NCBI GenBank assembly: GCA_046757525.1
Contig: JBHHYI010000065.1
Location: 1 to 22,304 of the forward strand
Direction of reading: 5' to 3'
DNA length: 22,304 bases
From: a bacterium
Lineage (GTDB): Bacteria > Zhuqueibacterota > Zhuqueibacteria > Oceanimicrobiales > Oceanimicrobiaceae
Numbering within the stretch: the first letter of the stretch is position 1; every line of letters starts with the position of its first letter. Below, in pieces: positions 8,517 to 16,899 of this stretch. Under the pieces are notes generated by a model. It searched no databases and had not been told where the DNA came from. It worked only from the letters and a program-made list of their open reading frames with translations. The position numbers were made by a program, and so were the translations under genes.

Positions 8517-9149
8517 TTATTTCGCAATGCTTTTGATTTGTTTTCGGATGGTTTCCTTGACAGCTTCCCATTCAATATCCCACACAAGCACAGGCATCGG
8601 CTCGTTCTCGGCATCACTGAAATAGGCCAGCGCGTACAGGAGATGTGCGATATCGGTGATCTGGTATTTCTTCCGGTACACCGAAATCATAGCTTTGAGG
8701 GATTCATGCCTCTTTAAAAGGGCGTAAATATCTATAAAATCCTTGCGGAAACCGCGTTGCGCAATGGCAGACAATTTCATGGCGCAGAGGTCATCAAGAG
8801 AGGCAAGGTTGCATCCCGGCTTTGGCAGCCTGATCGGTTTCGTAAGATGGGGATAACGATACTCCAGAAAGGTGACACGGACGCCATGAATATCTCCGTT
8901 CAAGGTCCCTTTCTCGACGCTCCGCACGGTTAGCGGTATCTCGTTCTCTTTTATGGTTTCGGCGAGTTGCAGTGCGTCGGAAATCGGTTTTCCGGTAAAC
9001 CAACCGAGGTCAACCGATCGCCGGTGACCAAGGTGTAGAGCGATGGCTGTCCCGCCTGCCAGATAGAAGTCGTTTCTTGTCATAACCGGGGCGAGCAATT
9101 CAAGTACTCTCCTTTGTTCATCCGTAAGAACTTGATTGTAAAAATTCAT
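8517..9149 (-). CDS. AbiEii/AbiGii-family nucleotidyltransferase toxin, probably inactivated
   Basis: FYLAGGTAIALHLGHRRSVDLGWF, AMKLSAIAQRG and KDFIDIY. Likely start ATG 9149 with GGAG RBS; alternative start 9197. Confidence 0.88.
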   Translation of the reverse strand: MNFYNQVLTDEQRRVLELLAPVMTRNDFYLAGGTAIALHLGHRRSVDLGWFTGKPISDALQLAETIKENEIPLTVRSVEKGTLNGDIHGVRVTFLEYRYPHLTKPIRLPKPGCNLASLDDLCAMKLSAIAQRGFRKDFIDIYALLKRHESLKAMISVYRKKYQITDIAHLLYALAYFSDAENEPMPVLVWDIEWEAVKETIRKQIKSIAK

Positions 9150-9184
9150 CGGGACGTTCTCCCTTCCCAGGGTGATGCTTTTCT

Positions 9185-9472
9185 CTATTCTATCCATGCG
9201 TTGACCCTCTCAGGTTCGAGATCGAGTATCAGTTCCCAGAAACGCAGCTTTCGCGCATCCAGATCGGCCCCACTTTGGTTTATCAACCACTGTTTTAGCT
9301 CATGGTCGCCGAGGGTTGCGCGCAGCCATTGTATAGCCTCCCAGGTGCCTTCTTGAAGAACACGAGAAACGATATAATTCTGGTGTTTTTCCCAGGACAA
9401 CGTGCGAATATCACAATCCCAAAAGAGAGAGTGTAAAGCATCAGAGATTTCGATTCTTTTGGTTTTATTCAT
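9185..9472 (-). CDS. DUF6922-domain protein, putative antitoxin partner of AbiEii
   Basis: SLFWDCD...YIVSRVLQEGTWEAIQWL...LRFW signature, directly upstream of the nucleotidyltransferase. Likely start ATG 9472. Confidence 0.8.
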   Translation of the reverse strand: MNKTKRIEISDALHSLFWDCDIRTLSWEKHQNYIVSRVLQEGTWEAIQWLRATLGDHELKQWLINQSGADLDARKLRFWELILDLEPERVNAWIE

Positions 9473-9611
9473 CGATAGATTTCCCATAACAAATGCTTTA
9501 TGCCACAAAGGCACCAGAACACGAAGGGTTCCAAAAATCAGGGGTTTGCGTCAACAACTTACTCGTCATCTGATTGCCTCGTGGCATCGGTTAGGTGCTC
9601 GACAAAATTGT

Positions 9612-9830
9612 TTACCTCTCCAGATGATCCGGTACGTAAACCAACAAACCCTGCACGGATAGGAAAAGTTTATCTGCGTAGGCAAAGGTTTTGGCGCGCA
9701 AACGCCGTACCATAGCCACCGAGAGCGCATCGTTGGTCAGCAAGCCAAAACAGCGCAGCACCATCATAGCAGACAAGCAATCCTCTTCCCGTACAGGCTC
9801 TACTTGAAAGCCAACGGTCAGGAATCTCTG
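9612..9830 (-). pseudogene. PIN-domain (VapC-like) toxin, C-terminal remnant
   Basis: FGLLTNDALSVAMVRRL...AYADKLFLSVQGLLVYVP matches the PIN C-terminal half. The N-terminal DTN motif is missing. Confidence 0.7.
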
Positions 9831-9831
9831 A

Positions 9832-9921
9832 CGATTTGCCTGAATATCCTGCAAGCAACTCGTTCAGGATGCCTGTGAGTTTGTGGGTTTGGTTGTCGAT
9901 GACCTACGGGGTGGTTTTCAT
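9832..9921 (-). pseudogene. N-terminal remnant of a PLD-domain/SNF2-type helicase gene
   Basis: ATG 9921 reads MKTTP*VIDNQTHKLTGILNELLAGYSGKS, resembling the PxxIDN...L...LN start of RM-associated PLD-helicases. In-frame TAG at 9904-9906. Confidence 0.45.
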
Positions 9922-10001
9922 GTTTGCTGCTCTTTTTTCTTGCGTCTCAATCCTGCACCTCTTTTTTATATCTCGTTGGGACTCGTCCAAAAGACACGCA
10001 C

Positions 10002-10034
10002 AGAAACCGACTTTCTTGGAGAAAGTTGGTTTCT
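10002..10034. repeat. Palindromic REP-like element
   Basis: AGAAACCGACTTTCT-tgg-AGAAAGTTGGTTTCT, a 15-bp stem with one G-T pair. Confidence 0.7.
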
Positions 10035-10158
10035 CAGCTTTTCTTGCTGAGCCAAGGAGCGCGTCGATTGTACTTTTCACACACTCCGCCCACCTGTGAA
10101 CGAGTTGATGAGTAGAACGACCAACGGTCAAGAAGACATTGGCGTCTTAACCATGCTT

Positions 10159-12439
10159 TCAAGCTGCCAGACTATAAATACTCCTCCCTCCACCAAAATA
10201 AGCCTCGAAAACGTGCTCATAGACCAAATCACATTTCTGGCGATACAGCTCTGGGGTGAATGCACGTGGCAAACCTTTGTCTAAGACGTCCTCTATGCTC
10301 ACGCGCACCGCCGCCCGCGCCTGCTGCCGCTTGCGCCAGTCCAGCACCAGCTTGCCTTTCTTCAGGGTTTGCAACAAATCGTGCGCTACCTTTTTGATCT
10401 TTTTGACCTCTGCCCGTTTCAGTGCCATTTCCGGCTTTGTCAACAAGTCGAAAATAGCCAGCTCTTCCTCGGTGAGTCGCTCCGCCATCGCCCGGCTTTC
10501 TTCTGCATCGAGGCTTTTTGCAAAATCCACCAGACGCTGGAAAAACTCCTCCGTATTCATGGTACCGGCATTGTAAGCTTCGATCAACTGTTTGAATTTT
10601 TCATAGAAGTCCAACCGCGTGCGGTTGAGCTTGACCAGCTCCTCCACTTTCCTGGCCACCAGACCTTTCAGCCGCTCGGCTTCCATGCGCTTGCGCCCCT
10701 TTTCGAAGCGCCGGCGCAGCGCTTCAAAATCGACTTCGCTGAGATCGACGGGTTGGCGTTTGCCCCAGTCCTCCCTGTCATCCTGAATGACGTACCCTTC
10801 CGTCGCAATGGATTCGTCCAGCAAAGCCTCGACCTCCGCCATGACCTGTGAGATGTCTGCTTCCGGCATCAGGGAGAGAATCTTACGCATCAGCACGTCG
10901 AGCAGCAAGCAGCGCGGCGCCAGCTCGTTGGCGGCCGGATCCGGGAGAATGGCCCGGTACAGCGCCGCGACCTGACCGGCCAGCGTCAGATAACGCCGTT
11001 TGGTTTCGTCGCTTGCGAGTAGCGCCTCCACGGCATCGTCCAGCAAACTGACGCGTTCAAATCCGACAGCAAGCCCGATGGCCTGCAAGTCGATGCCGTG
11101 TAAGTCGCAGAAAGCCTCGGCGTCGGTAATCGCGGCTTTGAGCTGCGCCACCAGCTCGGACTTATCTTTCACCGGCAGCTCGCCTTCTTCCAGTCCGCCG
11201 CCTACACCCGAGCCGTAGATGGCCAGCGCTTTTTCCAGATTGCGGAACACGCTGACGTAGTCCACGATCAGCCCGTTTTCTTTCTCCGGAAACACCCGGT
11301 TGGCGCGGAGGATGGTCTGCATCAGGGTATGGTTGCGCATTGGCTTGTCGAGGTAGATCGTAGAACACGACGGCACGTCGAATCCGGTCATCCACATGGC
11401 ACATACAAAGACCAGCCGAAACGCGTCCTCCGGGTCTTTGAACTTTTCATCCAGGTCTTCCGCAACCCAGCGCTGGCGGTGCGGCGCGATGTCCAGACCC
11501 TTCTCGCGCATCTCTTCGATTTCATTTTGCGCTTGCGACACCACCACCGCCATGTCGGTCCCTTCCATATAAGCCAGCGTCTGCTGCAGGGCATCGACCG
11601 CGTTGTTGACGCCGAGGTACTGGTGATTCTTCGCCACCAGTTTTGCCAATCCGCCGCGCACCTTCATGAACAGCACAAAGTTCTCGGCGACGTCGAGCAG
11701 ACGCGCCGGTTCACAAGTGCCGACCAGCATGGTCTCGAGCGAAATCACCCCTACCTCGCCTTCCTTGTTGATTTTCTTCCAGTCGCTGAAATGCTCCCAC
11801 TCAGCGGTGACGCTGCCGATCTTGCTCTGGCTGCCGTTGGACAGAATGACGAACAGATTGTACCAGAAAAGGTGGGCAATGGTGTCGCGGTAATCGCGCA
11901 GATTGTCTTTGTAGGCGTTCTCGATACGCCGATGCGTGGCCTTCAGCTCAATGAACACCAGAGGGATGCCGTTGACAAATCCGACGAGATCGGCGCGGCG
12001 GGTGTACATCTCACCGGTGACCCAGAACTGCGACACCAGCAGGAAGTTGTTCTGTTTGGGACGATTCCAGTCGATCAGGCGCACGATTTCCACGCGGTCG
12101 CCGCCGGCCTTGGAGTCGGCGATCTTGACGCGCACGCCCTGCTTGATCAGATCGTAGACCTCGCGGTTGGCCTGCGCCAGGCTCATGGCACTGCGGTCGC
12201 GGGTGAGCTCCTCAATGGCCAGGTCAAACGTTTCCGGCGGCAGGTTCGGGTTGAGTTTTTGCAGTGCCCGGAGCAGGCGATCCGTCAACACCACCTCGGA
12301 TTTCGTCTCGCGACCCAGCGGACTGCCGCCGGCCTGCTCAAACTCGTGGAAGCCGTTGTGGGTCCTCCAGCCCAGTTTCTCAAATAACTCGATGGCAGGT
12401 TGTTCGCGAGGGCGTTTTCGGTAGATTTTGACCTATCAT
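10159..12439 (-). pseudogene. hsdR: Type I restriction enzyme R subunit with 5' frameshift and large in-frame internal deletion
   Basis: Nuclease motif RRADLVGFVNGIPLVFIELK, late helicase motifs MWMTGFDVPS and TLMQTILRANRV, and a DUF3387-like C-terminus are present. Walker A and DEAH are absent: NHQYLGVNNAVDALQQ joins directly to TLAYMEGTDMAVVVS. The N-terminal TENAL and EQPAIELF are in different frames. Confidence 0.92.
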
Positions 12440-12482
12440 ATTGATATTCACAAGACATCACATAGCCATACAATTATTAGTA

Positions 12483-12763
12483 TCACTCCACTTCTTTACC
12501 CAAGAAGAATCTGTCAATGTCTACAATGTTCTTATTTCTTGACAAATCCTCAATCTTATGAGGTGGTACTATTTTACCAATGTCATACTCTGGAAAACTT
12601 AGACCATAAGCGACTGCGAACCTGTGATAGTTCAAACCATCAACTTCTCCTGGTTCAAGATTGGAAGGTCTGGGGAGGTCAACTTTTGTTTTGATACCAC
12701 CAGTCAACATTTTCTCTTTCCAAAATCCATCCAGATCTTTTAACCTGAATAATTCATAAATGT
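12483..12763 (-). pseudogene. C-terminal remnant of a hypothetical protein truncated by IS1595
   Basis: Open frame with LPRPSNLE...YHRFAVAYGLSF...IGKIVPP. The first ~18 codons of ORF 12483-12818 lie inside the IS end. Confidence 0.55.
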
Positions 12764-13778
12764 GGGTATTCACTTTAGTTCGGTAGCTACTATATATTGT
12801 ATTGTGATGATCAGTCATTTTTTACATTCTTTTTGATTTGGTTAAAGGGTACAGGTTCAATGCTAACTGCATTTTGTAATAGACGATAAAAAAGTTTTCC
12901 TCTATGTGCCGAGGTTCGTCTATTGAACCTAAATGTAAATTCATCCAGATAGTATTCCAAATGTTGATGACTGACTGCACCTTGATGCGTACCAGCTAAC
13001 CATCTTTTTACTAAGGATGCAACTAAATGACAATTTGGTAGTAGATTTTCTCCGACTTCTGAGTTTTGTCGAATAATTTCATGAAAATAACCAAGAGATT
13101 TCAAATGATTATAACCACTCCACCCGTCTGTTTGAATCAAACTGCCTTTATTTATTGTCTTGTCAATTGCATTGCTGAGACTTTCAAAGGAAGCATCAGG
13201 TACCTTTCGAAGTCTTATCCTTCCAATCTTGGAACTATTTATTTCTACGGCAATTACGACAAGAGACTTTCTTTCGGCTCCGCGACCTCTCTTACCAGGC
13301 TTTTCTCCGCCAATATAAGTTTCATCAACTTCAACTACTCCAGTAAGATTATCCCTACCTGGAGTAATCATAGCTCTTCTAAGTTTATGAAGCCATGCCC
13401 AAGCTGTTTTATAACTGCCCAAACCCATCATTCTTTGAATACAAAGAGCACTGGCACCATTTTTCTGACCAGTCAGCCACCATATAGCTCGAAACCAAAG
13501 AACAAGGGATTTATGAGTCCCATGAAATATTGTACCAGCTATTACAGATATTTTATGATCACAATTTGCACATTGATAAAGACATTTCTTGAGAGGCCAA
13601 GCTTTTTCATGGTTACAACGTGGACCTGTAAAACCATCTGGCCATCTCAGTTTAAAAAGATAATCACGGCAAGCTTCCTCCGTGCCAAATCTTTTTTCAA
13701 ATTCCATGATGTTTTCGGGGTAATCTTCCATTACCCCATAATCTATATATAGTATGTACCGAAGTCAAGTAAATACCC
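12764..13778 (-). mobile_element. IS1595-family insertion sequence (~1015 bp)
   Basis: Imperfect terminal inverted repeats GGGTATTCACTTTAGTTCGGTAGCTACTATATAT (from 12764, plus) and GGGTATTTACTTGACTTCGGTACATACTATATAT (from 13778, minus) flank the transposase. Low GC. Confidence 0.92.
12811..13731 (-). CDS. IS1595-family (ISXO2-like DDE) transposase
   Basis: Zinc ribbon, HTH region, and EVDETYIGG, TDG and YLDEFTFRFNRR motifs. Confidence 0.95.
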   Translation of the reverse strand: MEDYPENIMEFEKRFGTEEACRDYLFKLRWPDGFTGPRCNHEKAWPLKKCLYQCANCDHKISVIAGTIFHGTHKSLVLWFRAIWWLTGQKNGASALCIQRMMGLGSYKTAWAWLHKLRRAMITPGRDNLTGVVEVDETYIGGEKPGKRGRGAERKSLVVIAVEINSSKIGRIRLRKVPDASFESLSNAIDKTINKGSLIQTDGWSGYNHLKSLGYFHEIIRQNSEVGENLLPNCHLVASLVKRWLAGTHQGAVSHQHLEYYLDEFTFRFNRRTSAHRGKLFYRLLQNAVSIEPVPFNQIKKNVKND

Positions 13779-13782
13779 ATAA

Positions 13783-14173
13783 AAGATTAATACCCCGCTT
13801 TACGAAGCCTATTTAATCAAAGAACAATTTGAACAGTTCTATCTCTGCGGCAATGAACAAAAAGGTAGAGAGTTCATTGAGCACTGGTTTAAGCAGATTC
13901 CGCAAACAATCAAATCCTTCTTTCTGCCTTTCTACAACCTCATAAAACGCTATCTCTATGGCATAACCGCTTTCTTTAAATATCAATACACCAATTCAGT
14001 CGCTGAAGGCATTAACAACAAAATCAAAGTACTCAAAAGAATGGCATTCGGATATCGTGACAAAAAATACTTTAAGCTCAAAATCCTAAGAAAATGTGGA
14101 TACTTGCACTTTGCAAGGCCTAAATTCTAAGACACTATATATTGTGTGCCTTACCAAACTTGGGAGAAGAACC
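13783..14173 (+). mobile_element. ISL3-family element, 3' remnant (transposase C-terminus 13783-14130 plus right end)
   Basis: Manual translation gives KINTPLYEAYLIKEQF...TNSVAEGINNKIKVLKRMAFGYRDKKYFKLKIL*. The right end reads GGTTCTTC on the minus strand from 14173, typical of ISL3 termini. Confidence 0.88.
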
Positions 14174-14545
14174 GATTTGAAGAACGCTGTGAGTATCAAC
14201 AATTACATGAAAAAGCGGCAAAAGTATATTTTAAAAGCACGCGCCTCAGATAAAATAAGAGACTTCTTTATCGTCCATTACGAAGAATATGAATATATAA
14301 TGGCGGCTCGTGTTAGAAACACAAAATTTTATGTCGATTTATTTAGAAAAAACGGCTTTTACCGAGAGCTGGGTGAATACACCAAGTTCTTCGGAGGAGG
14401 GAATTTGATAACCATGTCGAACTTAAATGATATGCTTTATGTACTCAAGTGGCCTGAGCTTGACTCAAAAGATTTTGAAGCTATTGGTAATCCAGAGATT
14501 GTGGTTTACAAGATAGAATTAGCTCGCGTGCTGCGTTCAAATTAG
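14174..14545 (+). pseudogene. C-terminal remnant of a hypothetical protein, 5' end replaced by ISL3
   Basis: Open frame running from the ISL3 end to NPEIVVYKIELARVLRSN*. The start given in the ORF track lies inside the IS. Confidence 0.4.
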
Positions 14546-14582
14546 TCAATGAAAATGAATTCTGAAACTAATTGTACTTGTC

Positions 14583-15368
14583 ATGCAGTGGTTAAATACA
14601 CTTATTATGCAGGATAAATTAGCTTTATTACTTAAGGCATTAGTTTCATGTATTTTTCTAATATCGGCTCTAGGCAAATTAATTGATACAAGCAATACCT
14701 CTTTAAACATCATTCAATTGTTTCCCCTTTCTCCTACGATCTCAAAACTGTTAGTCTACTTTTTCTCTTTTGTGGAGATCGCACTTGCGATTTTTATCTG
14801 GTGGCACGTTTCCTCACTTATGCTGATCATTCCAGTCGTTTTTTGGGGGCTCTTGCTAATAAGTTATTTTAAGAAAGTAGATTGCGGCTGCTTCGGGTCA
14901 CTGCCATTTTTTAAGGATATATCGATAATTGGTCATTTCCTTCTGATTTTAGGTATCCTTCTTGCCTTTCATTACCTTTCAGCACCAGAGCCAGAACGTA
15001 TCTGCAAGGCGACGAGCGAGAAATCAAGAGCTTACTCAAGTTGGATAGGCTCACTTGCCATTTCGCTACTCATTCTTGCATTCTTTCCTTTTACTTTCTT
15101 AGGCGGCAATATTTTATCTCAAGAAGAAACCTTCATATCCGATCCGAGCAAGTACGTAGGGATAGAGTACGTGAAGGCGGCAATCGATTACAACAGCTCG
15201 ATCATCATCGATGCACGCTCCCCTGAAGAGTTCCAAGTCGGACACATTAGTGGGGCATTGAACATTCCACATGACATACGAGATCTTAAGATACTAATTG
15301 AACAACATGAATTGAGAACTGCTCATCTGATCGTTTACTGTTCAAGGGCATCAGATCGAAGGTTCTAA
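14583..15368 (+). CDS. MauE/DoxX-family membrane protein fused to a C-terminally truncated rhodanese domain
   Basis: Several TM helices with DCGCFG, then IIDARSPEEFQVGHISGALNIP and LIVYC. Stop codon follows 8 residues after the Cys. Confidence 0.8.
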   Translation: MQWLNTLIMQDKLALLLKALVSCIFLISALGKLIDTSNTSLNIIQLFPLSPTISKLLVYFFSFVEIALAIFIWWHVSSLMLIIPVVFWGLLLISYFKKVDCGCFGSLPFFKDISIIGHFLLILGILLAFHYLSAPEPERICKATSEKSRAYSSWIGSLAISLLILAFFPFTFLGGNILSQEETFISDPSKYVGIEYVKAAIDYNSSIIIDARSPEEFQVGHISGALNIPHDIRDLKILIEQHELRTAHLIVYCSRASDRRF

Positions 15369-15400
15369 CAGAACTAAAAACTAAGACTAACCGTTACGAC

Positions 15401-16024
15401 ATGAATCTCGCGAAATACATCGCTCTTTCAATAATTCTGCATATAACAAGCGCTTGCATTATTTCCTTCCTGTCGTCCGGTTATGAACTGAGAAATGTTT
15501 CCCCTGAGCACAGATTCGAAAGTTCCTTAATCATGGATTTAACAGCCGAGAGTAATGGCGCTACGCCATCTTACGCGGATCCGCAGAGGGAAACAGGCAA
15601 TTCGCGAACAAGCTCTTTTCAAGAAGCTGACTTGTTACATTCTCTACCCCTCAAACGACTCATTGAACCTTTGGCTGCCAAACACCATAGAGAAAAAGGC
15701 AACCTTATGCAACCTAATCCACTCATCCGAATCCAGGGGCTGAAAGTATATGAATCTACTCGTCCCATCTTTGACCAAATATTCGGAAGAACGTTCATAT
15801 TTAAGCTTTGGGCACTAAAACGAACCGCGCGCCTTGAGGAAGGTCAAGTCAGTAAGCAACAAATGGCCGCTGAAATGGCGATTTCACCGAGCCTCAGGGA
15901 GAAAATGCGGCAACGCTTCGAAAGAAATCTTTCATATTTAAAGCCAAGGCCCTTATCGACCATTACATTAGTTTGGAAGGAAAATGCCAGAATATATTAT
16001 GCCTATTCCTTCTTTAAGCAATAG
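15401..16024 (+). CDS. Hypothetical membrane-anchored protein
   Basis: 207-aa ORF with an N-terminal TM segment IALSIILH (TonB-like SxxxH anchor). No other motif recognised. Confidence 0.5.
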   Translation: MNLAKYIALSIILHITSACIISFLSSGYELRNVSPEHRFESSLIMDLTAESNGATPSYADPQRETGNSRTSSFQEADLLHSLPLKRLIEPLAAKHHREKGNLMQPNPLIRIQGLKVYESTRPIFDQIFGRTFIFKLWALKRTARLEEGQVSKQQMAAEMAISPSLREKMRQRFERNLSYLKPRPLSTITLVWKENARIYYAYSFFKQ

Positions 16025-16057
16025 CGGCAATCAATTACCACTCCCCGAGGTAGTGGC

Positions 16058-16436
16058 TTAAGCCAGACAATTAAAGGCCCCTGCGAACTCACCAGGTCCC
16101 TGACCCTTCTTGCCAATCGTGAGTAGATAGTTGTCTTCGGAGTCAAATTTTTTGACAGTGCAGATATCTTGAGCCCAGGACTCTCCCACATAAATACTGC
16201 CTTTCTATTCTTGAGCTTTCCTTGTTCTCCCAAAGAGCTTTTTCGTCAGCAATCATCAGCAGTTCATTATTAGTGCGCGCATGGGCTTCGCTTGTATCAG
16301 CACCATTATCCTGAACGATCGGGCTCTGCAAATCCTGGAGTCCCCCCTTGAATTTAAGATCGTTGTACAAGAAGACACCGGTTATGACCAGGATTAGCAC
16401 CAGCAGAAGAATTAGTAAGTGATTTTTGTGTGTCAT
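16058..16436 (-). pseudogene. NHL/6-bladed beta-propeller protein remnant
   Basis: Membrane anchor from ATG 16436. After a frame break near 16205 it reads KGSIYVGESWAQDICTVKKFDSEDNYLLTIGKKGQGPGEF, a classic propeller blade motif, and then stops. Confidence 0.7.
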
Positions 16437-16830
16437 AGTGCGTAATTTATCTTCTTGCAATGGGTTGTAGGATTTGCTCTGCCTGTGAAAGAACTCGGTT
16501 TACTCCAGTCCCATACTGTTGAAACAAAATCACTTTCCCCTTTGCATCTATCATAACAATTTGAGGCGAATATTTGACTCTGTATTTCTTGCTTATCATT
16601 TGTTCCTCATCGAATACGATGGGTACTGAGGACCCATGTTCCTTAGCAAATTCCTTTGTTGCTTTTTCTGACTCTGCCGAAATCGCTATAATCTTAACAT
16701 CCTGAACGATGCCTCACTTTTACGAACGCTTATGCAAGTGAGAAATGTTAGTCAATCCATACTTCACATTGAGTGAAGTCGAGGTATGACTTCCACCTCG
16801 CCATAGCTAACATCTTACAAAAAAAATTCC

Positions 16831-16859
16831 TTGCAATTCTAACCAACTATGTTTAAACT
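16831..16859 (+). promoter_or_regulatory. Sigma70-type promoter for the helicase gene
   Basis: TTGCAA-N17-TAAACT, preceded by an A-tract (UP-like), with a GAGGAGG RBS before ATG 16900. Confidence 0.6.
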
Positions 16860-16899
16860 TTAACTTGAAATTTCTAACCTGCTGAGGAGGGGTGGATAG

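Noticed and set aside
9904..10131. 75-aa minus-strand ORF
   Set aside because: It runs through the REP-like palindrome. Only its last codons belong to the helicase remnant.
11329..12387. 352-aa plus-strand ORF
   Set aside because: Antisense to GC-rich hsdR, a typical shadow frame.
13066..13752. 228-aa plus-strand ORF
   Set aside because: Antisense to the IS1595 transposase, with no recognisable motif.
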